Source: Elusimicrobiota bacterium
GTDB lineage: Bacteria > Elusimicrobiota > Elusimicrobia > F11
Assembly (NCBI GenBank): GCA_043732015.1
Contig: JAYTIE010000265.1
Location: 1-50,182, forward strand
Length of the DNA stretch: 50,182 nucleotides
Direction: 5' to 3'
The notes beneath the pieces were generated by a model. The model was not told the DNA's origin. It saw only the letters and a program-made list of their open reading frames with translations, and made no database searches. Both the position numbers and the translations under genes were made by a program. Shown here piece by piece: positions 37,211 through 47,400 of the stretch. Positions within the stretch are counted from its first letter, which is position 1, and each line of letters begins with the position of its first letter.

Positions 37211-40200
37211 TTACTTGCTGTCCAAAACTTTTTGCAGCTCTTCAATACGGGATTTCGCGTTCGCCAGCGCCGTTTGGTCCTTGGCGTTCGCGGCCACATC
37301 CGTGTAAAGGGTCATGGCCTTCTGGGCGTTGCCAGCGGCGATGTAAAGTTCGGCGAGGCGGCTGAGCGCCGCGATGCGGTAGCTGTTGTCCTTGGGGTTG
37401 AAGCCCACGAGACGCTCGTACGACTTCGTTTCCTGATCGGTCTGTCCGGCGCGGGAATAAACCTGGCCGAGCGAATACATCGCTTCTCCGAATTCTTCCT
37501 GACCGGCGTCCACCCGGTTGTAATAAGAAATGGCGGCGGCGCCGTCGCCGGCGCGCTCCTTCATCTGCGCCAGCTGAAGGTTCAGGCCGGCCTTCTTCTT
37601 CGGGTCGGAAGTTTTGGTTAAAAGCTGTTCGTACGCCTTCTCGGAATCCGCGGACTTGCCGATCTTCGCGTAAGCCAGCGGGATATTCTCCGCGGCATTC
37701 GATGCCAGCGGATCGTTCGGATACTTTTTCATCAGCTGTTCCCAAGTGACGGCGGCTTCGTCGAACCGGTTCATGTTGAACAGGCTGACGCCGAGGCGGA
37801 ACATGGAAGTCGGCGCCTGATCGTCGTTCGGGAATTGCGACAGGAAATTGCGGTACGCCGCGGCCGCTTCAGGATATTTCTCCTGAAGGTAGAACGACTC
37901 TCCGCGATAGAACGAGGCCTGCGACGCCAGCGGAGACGCCGGGAAATCGATGAGAATCTTTTCGAAGTAGCCGAGAGCCGCGGGGTAGTCCTTGTCGTTG
38001 TACGCCTTGGCCCCTTTCTGCCAGTAGAGATCCGCCAGCACGCCGGACTTCGCCTGCCCCTGGGTCAGCTGCTCGATCTCGGCGTCAGACTTGCCGACCT
38101 GGACGTAGGACATCTGAAGGAAATTCTGAACGCTTGGGACTTCTTCGGCGGTCGGGTACAGCGCCAGGAACTCCTGATAATGAGGGATGGCGTTCCTGTA
38201 ATCGCCGGCGTTGTAATAGGCGTGAGCGAGCTGGAGCCGGGCCTGCTTGACCTGCGCGCTGTTCGGATGCTTTGAGATGAACGACTGGAACGCCTTCACC
38301 GAAGCGGTGGTCTCTCCGAGATCGAAAAGGGTTTTGGCGGCCTGGAATTGAGCGCGCTCGGCGTAGGCCGATTCAGGATGGGTATCGGCCAGCTTGGTCC
38401 AGGTGTCCACGGCGTCACGGTAGTACTCGAGCCGGTAGAGCGACTGGCCTTCCTGGAACATGGCCTGGGAAACGCGCGGATCTTTCGGGTAGTCCTTCTG
38501 GAACTGCCGGTAGTAGGCGACCGCCTGATCGTAACGCTTCTGGTTCGTGTAGATGTTTCCGGACTGCATGCTGGCCAGCGCCAGCCAGTCCGCGCGGTTC
38601 TTTTGTTTGGCGATGGCCGCGAACTGCTGCAACGTCTGGAAACCAAGCTCGAGCTTGTTGTTCTGGGCCTGGGCCACGGCGAGCCCGAGGTAGGCATAGG
38701 GCGTGAGCGGCGAATCCGGAGCGGCCTCGAGGTACTGCGCGTATCGCTTTTCAGCAAGATCGTAATTTCCGAGCGCGAGCTGGCCTTCCGTGATCCAGAA
38801 TTCGACTTCGGGATATTTCTGGCGAACTTCCGGCGGCAGGTTCGCCCAGTAGTGGTAGACGTGCGTCACCAGTTCCTGCCAGCGCTGGGCTTTCACATAG
38901 GAAAGCGCCATGAGATGAAGCGCGCGGGCGAGGTATTCGGATTTCGGGAAACGGTCCACAACCGTCTGGTACGCAGCGAGCGCCTCGGCGGAACGTCCGA
39001 TCTTTTCGTAGCAGAAACCCTGCACAAGAAGGATCTTGGGAGTCAGTTCTGCGTCATAGAAATTGCCAAGGCCTTCTTCGGAGAGCGCGAGCGCCTCTTC
39101 ATACTTGCCCAGCGCGGCGAGCGCCCACATGAGCTGGTAGTTTTCGTCCGGCGTCCGGTCGCGGGCGCGCCCCTTCTTCTTGATCATGTTCACGAGCTCG
39201 GGGATCTTGTCCATCTGAACCCAGGACTCGATGACCAGGTGGCGAACCCGGTCCTGCATCGCCGGGCGAAGGTCCAGCTTCATCAAGGGCTCAAGGCGCT
39301 GAACAACGGCCGCGTACTGTTCACGGCGCATGTCGGAGCAGGCCATCCGAAACTCCGACTCCACCTGGAGGGTGCCGTTCGGGTATTCGTTCAGCCAGCG
39401 CTGGAAGCTTTGGAACGCGAGCGGATAGTCCTGCTGCTGATAATAGGTTTCGGCCACTTCGAAAGACCCGCGCTGGGCCCAGACCGTGCCCGGGAATTTC
39501 TGGGTCAGCTGCTGGAAATAGGAAAGCGCCTTGGACAGGTTGCCCGTGCGGCGAAGGGAGATGCCGGCGAAATAAAGGTTCTTCGGGTCATCGGTGTTTT
39601 TCTCAAAGAAGCCGAGCGCGCGCTCATACTGCTCGTTCTGGAAGAGCATGATGCCCGACGGGTAAAGCGCGCGGGCGTACGACTTGTAGTAATCGTTTTC
39701 GAGCAGGAGGATGTCCAGGTGCGCCTGCGCGCTGGACCGGTTTCCCTGCGCCAGGGCCGCCATGGCCATTCCGAGCGTGGCTTCGGCCTGGAGCGCCTTG
39801 TGGCCTTCCTGCCGAACTCGGGAGAACTGGTCGTAGGCCTCGCCGTACAGGCCCATGTAGAAGTAGCACTCGGCCAGGCGGTACTGGAAGCTGGACAGCT
39901 TGAACTGGTCGGCCAGGGGCGCCTCGGTGAGCTGGAGATAAATCTGGGCGGCTTCGCGGTAATTCTCGGTTTCGAACAGAAGCTCCGCCATCGAGGCGCG
40001 GGCGTTGATGGTCGAAACCTGGTCCGGAGACTGCTTCTCAAGAAGGAATGAAAGGGACTTATAAAAGGTCTTCGGATCCTGAGACCGGAAAGTGACCTCG
40101 TGCTTCTCGGATTTACGGACAGGACGGTATCGTCCCGCTGAAACGGGCATGGCGATACCGACGACGAGCAGCAGAGCGGCAATGATTCCGGCCTGACGAG

Positions 40201-40270
40201 TGACGCGGTTTGAGGGGCCGGCGGCCGAGACGGTACGAGGCCGCCGATGGTGGTTGTGTTGATCTGTCAT
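37211..40270 (-). CDS. Large exported tetratricopeptide-repeat protein (1019 aa)
   Basis: Signal-like N-terminus followed by many 'Y..F...YP.S..A..A.F..G' TPR units. Confidence 0.88.
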   Translation of the reverse strand: MTDQHNHHRRPRTVSAAGPSNRVTRQAGIIAALLLVVGIAMPVSAGRYRPVRKSEKHEVTFRSQDPKTFYKSLSFLLEKQSPDQVSTINARASMAELLFETENYREAAQIYLQLTEAPLADQFKLSSFQYRLAECYFYMGLYGEAYDQFSRVRQEGHKALQAEATLGMAMAALAQGNRSSAQAHLDILLLENDYYKSYARALYPSGIMLFQNEQYERALGFFEKNTDDPKNLYFAGISLRRTGNLSKALSYFQQLTQKFPGTVWAQRGSFEVAETYYQQQDYPLAFQSFQRWLNEYPNGTLQVESEFRMACSDMRREQYAAVVQRLEPLMKLDLRPAMQDRVRHLVIESWVQMDKIPELVNMIKKKGRARDRTPDENYQLMWALAALGKYEEALALSEEGLGNFYDAELTPKILLVQGFCYEKIGRSAEALAAYQTVVDRFPKSEYLARALHLMALSYVKAQRWQELVTHVYHYWANLPPEVRQKYPEVEFWITEGQLALGNYDLAEKRYAQYLEAAPDSPLTPYAYLGLAVAQAQNNKLELGFQTLQQFAAIAKQKNRADWLALASMQSGNIYTNQKRYDQAVAYYRQFQKDYPKDPRVSQAMFQEGQSLYRLEYYRDAVDTWTKLADTHPESAYAERAQFQAAKTLFDLGETTASVKAFQSFISKHPNSAQVKQARLQLAHAYYNAGDYRNAIPHYQEFLALYPTAEEVPSVQNFLQMSYVQVGKSDAEIEQLTQGQAKSGVLADLYWQKGAKAYNDKDYPAALGYFEKILIDFPASPLASQASFYRGESFYLQEKYPEAAAAYRNFLSQFPNDDQAPTSMFRLGVSLFNMNRFDEAAVTWEQLMKKYPNDPLASNAAENIPLAYAKIGKSADSEKAYEQLLTKTSDPKKKAGLNLQLAQMKERAGDGAAAISYYNRVDAGQEEFGEAMYSLGQVYSRAGQTDQETKSYERLVGFNPKDNSYRIAALSRLAELYIAAGNAQKAMTLYTDVAANAKDQTALANAKSRIEELQKVLDSK

Positions 40271-40435
40271 GTTACGGAGATTTTTCCGACGAGCACGAGT
40301 ATACAGAACCGCATCGAAAATTTCTATTGCTCAAATTTGGCGTAAGGAGGGGGGCCGCGGCAAGGCCTGAGATGAGAAAGATGCCGCAATATGATAAAGA
40401 AGGACGGATTTCATTCTTCCTTCAGGAAAAACTCC

Positions 40436-41389
40436 ATGTCCATTCTCGTTGTCGGCTCAGTCGCACTCGATTCCATCAACACGCCCTTCGGAAAAGCCGA
40501 AGAAGTCCTTGGCGGATCGGCCACCTATTTCTCCTATGCGGCCAGCTTTTTTGCCCCCATTCACATGGTGGCCGCTGTGGGCGCCGACTTTCCGGCCCGC
40601 CACACCGATCTGCTGGTCAAACGGGGCATCTCCCTCGACGGATTGCAGCGCGCCGATGGCAAGACCTTCCGCTGGACCGGCGCGTACGAAAACGACATGA
40701 ATTCAGCAAAAACGATTGCTACTGAGCTAAATGTCCTTGGGACCTTCCGCGCCGAAATCCCCAAGGCCCTGACCACCATCCCCCACGTTTTCCTCGCCAA
40801 CATTGGCCCGGACACCCAGCTGGAGCTTCTTGACCAGATGGTGGCCCCCAAACTGGTGGGTTGTGACACCATGAACCTGTGGATCTCGACGAAGCCCGAC
40901 GTTCTGGCCCGGCTGCTGAAGCGCGTGGATATTTTCCTTCTGAACGAAGGGGAAGCCCGCCAGCTGACGGGGATCACCAACCTCGTCAAAGCCGCCTATG
41001 ACCTTCTGAAGCGAGGCCCCAAGGTCGTTGTCATCAAAAAGGGCGAACATGGTGCGATCCTGGCGTCGAAAGATTATTTCTTCGTCGCCCCCGCCTATCC
41101 CGTGGAAGATGTTTTCGACCCAACGGGAGCCGGAGACTGCTTTGCTGGGGGCTTTTTCGGATCTCTCGTCACCAATGGCAAGTTCTTCGACGAAACCTCC
41201 CTCCGGCGCTCGGTCATCTACGGGACCATCATGGCCTCGTTCAATGTGGAGTCGTTCAGCCTTGATCGGCTGACGAAGCTGAACACGGCCGACATCATGG
41301 ACCGGTACGAGAAATTCAAGGAATTCACGCATTTTGAACCCGCCGACCGCACAAGCACCTTTAAACCCGCCACCCTCAGCAATCATTAA
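40436..41389 (+). CDS. PfkB-family carbohydrate/nucleoside kinase
   Basis: [33 protein letters not shown]. Confidence 0.93.
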   Translation: MSILVVGSVALDSINTPFGKAEEVLGGSATYFSYAASFFAPIHMVAAVGADFPARHTDLLVKRGISLDGLQRADGKTFRWTGAYENDMNSAKTIATELNVLGTFRAEIPKALTTIPHVFLANIGPDTQLELLDQMVAPKLVGCDTMNLWISTKPDVLARLLKRVDIFLLNEGEARQLTGITNLVKAAYDLLKRGPKVVVIKKGEHGAILASKDYFFVAPAYPVEDVFDPTGAGDCFAGGFFGSLVTNGKFFDETSLRRSVIYGTIMASFNVESFSLDRLTKLNTADIMDRYEKFKEFTHFEPADRTSTFKPATLSNH

Positions 41390-41412
41390 CTGAACGAAAG
41401 GAGAATCACGTC

Positions 41413-42012
41413 ATGGCCAAGCTGGTCCTGGTCCGTCATGGGCTGTCGCAATGGAATCTCGAGAACCGCTTCACCGGATGGGTGGACGTGGATCTTACCC
41501 CGCAGGGTGAGCAGGAAGCCGCCGCCGCCGGGAAGAAGCTGACAGGCATCACATTCGACAAGGCCTATACCTCGGCCCTGAAACGCGCCCAGCGCACGCT
41601 TGAAATCATTCTCAAGGAAATCGGCCAGTCCGACATTCCGATCGAGAAGGACCAGGCCTTAAACGAGCGCCATTATGGTGATCTGCAGGGCCTCAACAAG
41701 GCAGAGACCGCGAAGAAGTTCGGCGACGAGCAGGTCCATATCTGGCGCCGCAGCTACGACATCGCTCCGCCGAACGGGGAGAGCCTGAAAGACACGGCGG
41801 CGCGCACCCTTCCCTACTTCAACTCGAAAATCATTCCCGACATCAAATCGGGCAAGAACATCATCATTGCCGCGCACGGGAACAGCCTTCGCTCCATCGT
41901 CATGGACATTGAGAAGCTCTCGCGTGAACAGGTGCTCGAGCTGAATCTGGCCACAGGGGTACCGTTGATCTATGAAACGGACGCGGCGGGGAATCTTATC
42001 CGGAAGAGCTGA
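41413..42012 (+). CDS. gpmA: 2,3-bisphosphoglycerate-dependent phosphoglycerate mutase
   Basis: [34 protein letters not shown]. Confidence 0.97.
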   Translation: MAKLVLVRHGLSQWNLENRFTGWVDVDLTPQGEQEAAAAGKKLTGITFDKAYTSALKRAQRTLEIILKEIGQSDIPIEKDQALNERHYGDLQGLNKAETAKKFGDEQVHIWRRSYDIAPPNGESLKDTAARTLPYFNSKIIPDIKSGKNIIIAAHGNSLRSIVMDIEKLSREQVLELNLATGVPLIYETDAAGNLIRKS

Positions 42013-42585
42013 TTACTGGGCGGGGGAGACGCTGATAACGTCCCGCAGGGGATAGCTCATCGCCCCCAGTCCGGGAAGTTCAATCTTGTAGAGGCTGGCC
42101 GTCTGCTCGACCAGAGCGCCTTTCACTTCACGCCCATTGGCTAGCTTGAGGGTCACGTAAGTGCCGAGAAGATTGCTGGCCCCGGCTGACGGTTTGGAAG
42201 CGCTGACCGCCGGGCTTGCTGCTTTGGCGCGGCGTCGGCGAACAGGCTTAACAGCCGGCGCGGGTGCCTCGGGCTCCACAGCCTTCGGAGCGACAGTGGC
42301 CGGAGGGACCGGCAGCGGGCGTCCCGCGTCGGACGCCTTCACGTCCTTCGGTTCCGCCTCTCCGGCGGGAAGATGTTCTTCAAAGGGAAGCGCCGGCTTG
42401 TTGTCAGCGGCGGGCGTGGCCGGCAGATCCTTTGCCGGCGACTCCGGAGCGGCAGCCAGCGTTTCCTTCTCAGGAACCGCGACGCCCCGCATCTTGTCGA
42501 TGCGGTTAAAACCACCCAGAGGGCCGAGAACCAGAAAGGTCCCCACCCCAGCGGCAATAACGAGATGTCCAACGGTTATCTTCAT
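42013..42585 (-). CDS. Hypothetical membrane-anchored protein with a Pro/Ala-rich linker and a small C-terminal beta (Sm/SH3-like) domain
   Basis: N-terminal hydrophobic segment; VTLKLANGREVKGALV. Confidence 0.6.
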   Translation of the reverse strand: MKITVGHLVIAAGVGTFLVLGPLGGFNRIDKMRGVAVPEKETLAAAPESPAKDLPATPAADNKPALPFEEHLPAGEAEPKDVKASDAGRPLPVPPATVAPKAVEPEAPAPAVKPVRRRRAKAASPAVSASKPSAGASNLLGTYVTLKLANGREVKGALVEQTASLYKIELPGLGAMSYPLRDVISVSPAQ

Positions 42586-42641
42586 GCTGGTGACCTAAGG
42601 ATGGACAGACCCCGCATGAGATTCAAGCGGATTTTAAAACG

Positions 42642-44324
42642 CTATTCGAGTTCCGGGGCCGGAGCGCCCCAAACACCGGACACCGGGCCAGGCACCTGAA
42701 ACGGGACAGGGCTCCCCATCGCCAGCTCTTCCGCCGCCGCGCGCACGTGCGCGTCTTCCAGCTGGCGAAGAACCGTCCGGGTCGCAAGCGGCAGGTTTTC
42801 TTTCTTCTTCATGTCGTGAATCAGGAGCTCTTTCCCGCCGGGACCGGCGAACTGGAACATCCGTGAACGGTAGTTGCCGGACAAGAGGGACAGGTCGCCC
42901 ATCGGCATGTCGGCGCCCAGATAGGAGATCTCCTGTCCGCCCACCACTTTCTGCCTGGGAACAAAAACGATTCGCGCCCCGTAGTCGCGGAGAGCGCTCC
43001 GCGTGGGGAGCAGGGCGGCCCACTGGCGCATCGCGTTGTAAGGCGGGTGATGCCCGCCACTGCCCGCCAGGTACGCCGCACGCGCCGTCTCGAAGGCGCG
43101 CGACAGCGACGGGAAGGAGTTCTCATGGGTTTCGGTCAGCACATGCGTTTCAGGATCACCGAACGTGGTGCCGGTTCCCCCCTTCTGGCCTTCGGTGTTC
43201 GCGACGGACTCGATCGCATTCACGAATCCCCGCGCAAAAATCTCCAGGGCGTAGGTGAGGGCGCGCGCGTTCACAATCTCGGTCGAATGCCGGTCCATGT
43301 CATTGATCCGGATGATGCTGAGAATTTTCCCGCCGCGGCCGGACAGATACGAAAGCGCGTCCACTTCCGGATGCTGGGGGCGGCCCGATTCGCTGTAGGT
43401 AGTGAAATCGCCGTCGCGCGCGGCCTGGATGAGCGCGTACAGGTGACCGGCTGCATCTGCGGCCGACGCGTCGTCCAGGAGCGAGATCTGACCCGATTCA
43501 TCCGCGACCACGCCCCGTACGAGCTCCTGCTCAATGGTCACGAGATTGCGCGGATCGAATCCATAAAACTTGAATTTCGTCCGAAGCGCCTCGTCGTGCA
43601 TCTCGCTGACGCCGCCTCGGCGGCTCACGAAGAAGAGGATCTTCTGGGCGGAAAGCGCGCTTGCATAGACGGCGGAAGCCGTGGACGCGGTGAGACGGCC
43701 GGCGGCGATCTCATCTTGAATCACGCGACGGATGGCAGCGCGAATCATCAGCGGCTGCTTTGGTCCCAGCGTGTTATCGGTGATCAATGCCGCCGCGGCC
43801 GGGGAGAGATCTGATTTCGCCCGTTCAATCTTCTCGAGATCTGAACTCACGAGCGCCCGGGCCGCGTCGATGCCTTCTTCCTGAATGCGGCCCTCCGCCA
43901 AATCCCGCGCCACGCGGAGCGGGTTCAGCGCGAACAGAGGACCCGCCTGGAAACGGCTCGCTTCTCCGGCCTGGAAAAGAATGTGGACCACGTCGCCGTT
44001 CAGGATGGCTTCGTTCGCTTCCCGCGAGGCAGGCTTTTCGAGCGAGACGACATCTGCCCGCGGAATGCCCACGACGACGTCCAAATCCTTGAGGGGATCG
44101 AAAATGGGATTGGGTCCGTGCGTCTTGATGAAGAGTTCGATTTCGGACTTCTTGTTGCGATGGAAAAGACGCCCGAGCGTTTCGGCGTCATGGTTGGACA
44201 ACGCGTATTGAAGCTCACTCACCTGCGCGCGTTCAAAGTTGGCGCTGGACTTGAAAGCATCGGTGCCGCGGTGTTCCCGGCGAACACCGGTCCAGCGAAT
44301 TTCCGGAATGGGCGAATTCCACAT
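42642..44324 (-). CDS. Divergent UDPGP-family nucleotide-sugar pyrophosphorylase-like protein
   Basis: FQAGEASRF (cf. AGG.GTR), IEQ, AAGH, INDMD, GQKGG; start inferred at ATG 44324. Confidence 0.6.
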   Translation of the reverse strand: MWNSPIPEIRWTGVRREHRGTDAFKSSANFERAQVSELQYALSNHDAETLGRLFHRNKKSEIELFIKTHGPNPIFDPLKDLDVVVGIPRADVVSLEKPASREANEAILNGDVVHILFQAGEASRFQAGPLFALNPLRVARDLAEGRIQEEGIDAARALVSSDLEKIERAKSDLSPAAAALITDNTLGPKQPLMIRAAIRRVIQDEIAAGRLTASTASAVYASALSAQKILFFVSRRGGVSEMHDEALRTKFKFYGFDPRNLVTIEQELVRGVVADESGQISLLDDASAADAAGHLYALIQAARDGDFTTYSESGRPQHPEVDALSYLSGRGGKILSIIRINDMDRHSTEIVNARALTYALEIFARGFVNAIESVANTEGQKGGTGTTFGDPETHVLTETHENSFPSLSRAFETARAAYLAGSGGHHPPYNAMRQWAALLPTRSALRDYGARIVFVPRQKVVGGQEISYLGADMPMGDLSLLSGNYRSRMFQFAGPGGKELLIHDMKKKENLPLATRTVLRQLEDAHVRAAAEELAMGSPVPFQVPGPVSGVWGAPAPELE

Positions 44325-44385
44325 GAGGCGGGCTGTCTCCTTGGGCGCACTGTCTATACGGCGGGAGTTCCGAAAAAGTTTTACC

Positions 44386-44429
44386 AAAAGAAAACCCCCG
44401 CCCGGGCCCTCTCTCTCCCGGACGGGGGT
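44386..44429 (-). terminator. Intrinsic terminator after the USP-cargo gene
   Basis: ACCCCCGTCCGGG/CCCGGGCGGGGGT stem followed by TTTCTTTT. Confidence 0.85.
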
Positions 44430-44455
44430 CTACAATCTTTGCGCTGCGGTTTTTC

Positions 44456-47400
44456 TTAGGCCTGAAGCGCCGCCAGCAGCTGGGTCGCGATGTCGTTGGT
44501 CAACGTTTTCGCATTGATGATTTCGGGCATGAACTTGTTCAGGAGGTTGTAGATCTCGCCGTAAGCACCCTTACCGTTCGAGTAGCTCGCGTAGGCGAAG
44601 GTCGCCACGGCCAGCTGCGCCGGGCCGGTGACGGATTCGAAAGGAAGATTGCCGGTCACGGTGGCCTTGGCGTCAAGTCCACCCATGATGACGGTGTTGC
44701 CCGGGTTAACCTCACGGCCCGCGGAGAAGGCGGCGGTCACGTCGATCGCGGCGTCTCCGGTCTGAAGGAGGTTGAACTTCAGGTTGCGGCCGGCCACACG
44801 GGCGCGGTCGTTGGCCTGGTTGATGATGCTGGTGAGCGTGGCGATGTAGGTCGCGTTCTGGCTTTTCGTTTCCAGAACAACCTCGCCGCTCAGCGCGCCG
44901 AGTTCGGTGCCGGGGAGATGGAATTTGAACAAGAGGTCGACAAACGCCTTCTCGTCGATGGCGCCGGCGGACTTATCGTCGAAGCCTTCGATCGAGTCAA
45001 CCTTCCAGAGAATGTTGATCGGCGTCACGGCCGGCCGGAGTTTGGCCTTCAGTCTCTCGCCGACCGCCTTGGCCGCGTCGAAAAACGCGCTCACTTTCGC
45101 GCCCATCGCCGCGCCGAGAACGTCCATCCCCTTGCCGGCGAAGGTGTTCTGATCACCGGAACCGGAGTATTGGAACACGAACCCGGAGATAAACCGGTAG
45201 GCCAGGTCAAAAGGCAGGAGCATCGATCCCAGGATCCAGGCAATCGCTTCGTTGGCGATAAACGCGAGACCATGGGACCGGGTCGGGATCTGAAGAGGAG
45301 TGAAGTGGATCCGCGCATGGGTGAGCACGGCGCGAAGCAGCAACGCGCGGCCGATGGCCTCGAGACCAGAGGAGGCTTCAAGAAGTCCCACGCCGATGTA
45401 AAGGATTCCCTTTTCCTTATTGACACTCTCCAGCTTGCCGGGCGTCAGAACCACTTTGATCTCGCGCGTCGGGCTGCTCAGCCCCGCTTTGAAATCAAGA
45501 ACGGCGTTAATCGCGGACTTGCTGAATTTATCGTCAGAAAGAAGTCCCTGGAGATCGGTATTGTCTTCGATCGTGGTCGAGGTGTTCGCCACTATCTTGC
45601 CCAGATGGGCAAGATAAACGAACAGCGCACCGAGGATCGCGACGAATCCGAAGTAAGCGTTGTAGTAGTACCCGCCCAAAGCGCCGACGACGATGATTCC
45701 GAGACCGACCGCGAGAGAGGCGCCCCAATGGAAAGGTTGAGCAACCTCAACGTCGCCGACGCGGTGCAGACCGGTCTGGTCGATAACATACTTGCCGGGC
45801 TCGGTGATGTTGAAAGACGCCGTTTCCGTTTTTTCGAGGCGGTAGCCGCGGATCCGGAGGTATTCGGGAACATTCTGGTCGTTGATTTCGGCGGCGGTTA
45901 ATTCGACAAATTTCCAGCCCGCGTTGGTGACGTCTAGATTTTCGATTGTGACTTCGACACCGTGAGCAGCACTCACTTCAAGCGCGCCATCAAGTTTAAG
46001 GCCATTAATTTTAATCCCCGCACCCTGAAGGGTTAATGCGGACCGGTCAGAGATCGTTATCTGTCCCGTCACTTTCTTGGCAAGTTCGTCAATTGAAGGT
46101 GCAAAGGCGGCATCGAACGAGACGATCGCGCCCACCGGAATGCTCACACCCCGAAACGCGACAAGCTGCCCAGCAACGTTGATCGTCACTCCCTTGATGG
46201 CGCTGAGCATCAAACGGATCGCTTTGTAATACAGGGCCTCGGAGGTTTGCATCCCTTCCGCGGGCGTCCCATTGGCCGCAAGTTTGGCGGCCGCTTCAGG
46301 GGCATTTTTGGCCGGCGCGAAAACAAATTCACGGGGCTCAACCAGGGTGGTGCCGACGTCGCTCGGCGCAAAAATCAGCGCAATGTCCTGGCTGTTGTAT
46401 TCCAGCCGACCGTTTTCGCCCTTTTGAAGCTTGGACAAGGCGAGAATTTCCGGTGACTCCCCCGTATGGCTGAGAGCGGCGCGGTACTGCGGAAGCTTCA
46501 CAATGTACTGGTTGAGATTGCCGTCGAAAGGCGAGTGACCCGTTGCCGGATCAGCCACATCGCCACCGGGGAGAATGTCCTTGGCGTTCGTGTACTCGAC
46601 GTTCCGTCTGCGGATCGGGGTGCCGTCCTGTTCCTGAACTTCGACGATCAGGCCGTAGTTTTCTCCAGCCTCTCGAACGAACGTCATGAAGTTAAGGCCA
46701 ATATTTTTTTCGACTGATGCGCCGAGGCCCGCCATCACAGTCTGGCGCATGACGGAATTCGTGTCCTGTATGAAGACGACGTGTTGCCGCCCTTCGCGTT
46801 CCCACTGTTCATCGAGGTTGGAGAGCTTGATCAGGGTATGGACGTCACCGTGACCGTGCGGCGACGATGCAATCGCATAGGGGTTCGTGGCATCCAGGAC
46901 GAAATCGCCCTGGAGATTGTTGGAAGCAGGCACCTTTCCCTGCGAAAGGATATAGATGGTTCCTTTCCCATTTCCCGGAACAAGCGTGGTCGAGACATCG
47001 TAATGGTCTCCGGTTTTCTCCACGATTTCATAGCCCTGGCTCACCTTTGAATCAGAAAGAAGGTCAACCATGAGATCCCGATTGTCCGGGGAAGCCATGA
47101 TCATAACGGCCGCGGGGATGTTTTCTCCGTTGAGTTCGTTCGACTTCCGCTGAAAGGCGTCAATTGAACCGAGGAACTCGGTCATGTAGGGCCGCATCGT
47201 CGCTAGATCCATCGGCACCGCCGGCTTGATACCGTTCACCAAACCCAGACGCTCGCCCTTTCCGCCGAAAGGCATGGCGTAGACAGTTCGGTTGGCGGCC
47301 TTAAGTCCCGTGTTTTCCAGTCTCTGAAACGTGGGATCAGCAGGGCCCTTGAGTTCGACCGCGGGAACGCGCTTCAGAATCTTTCCTGCGATCGGGTTGA

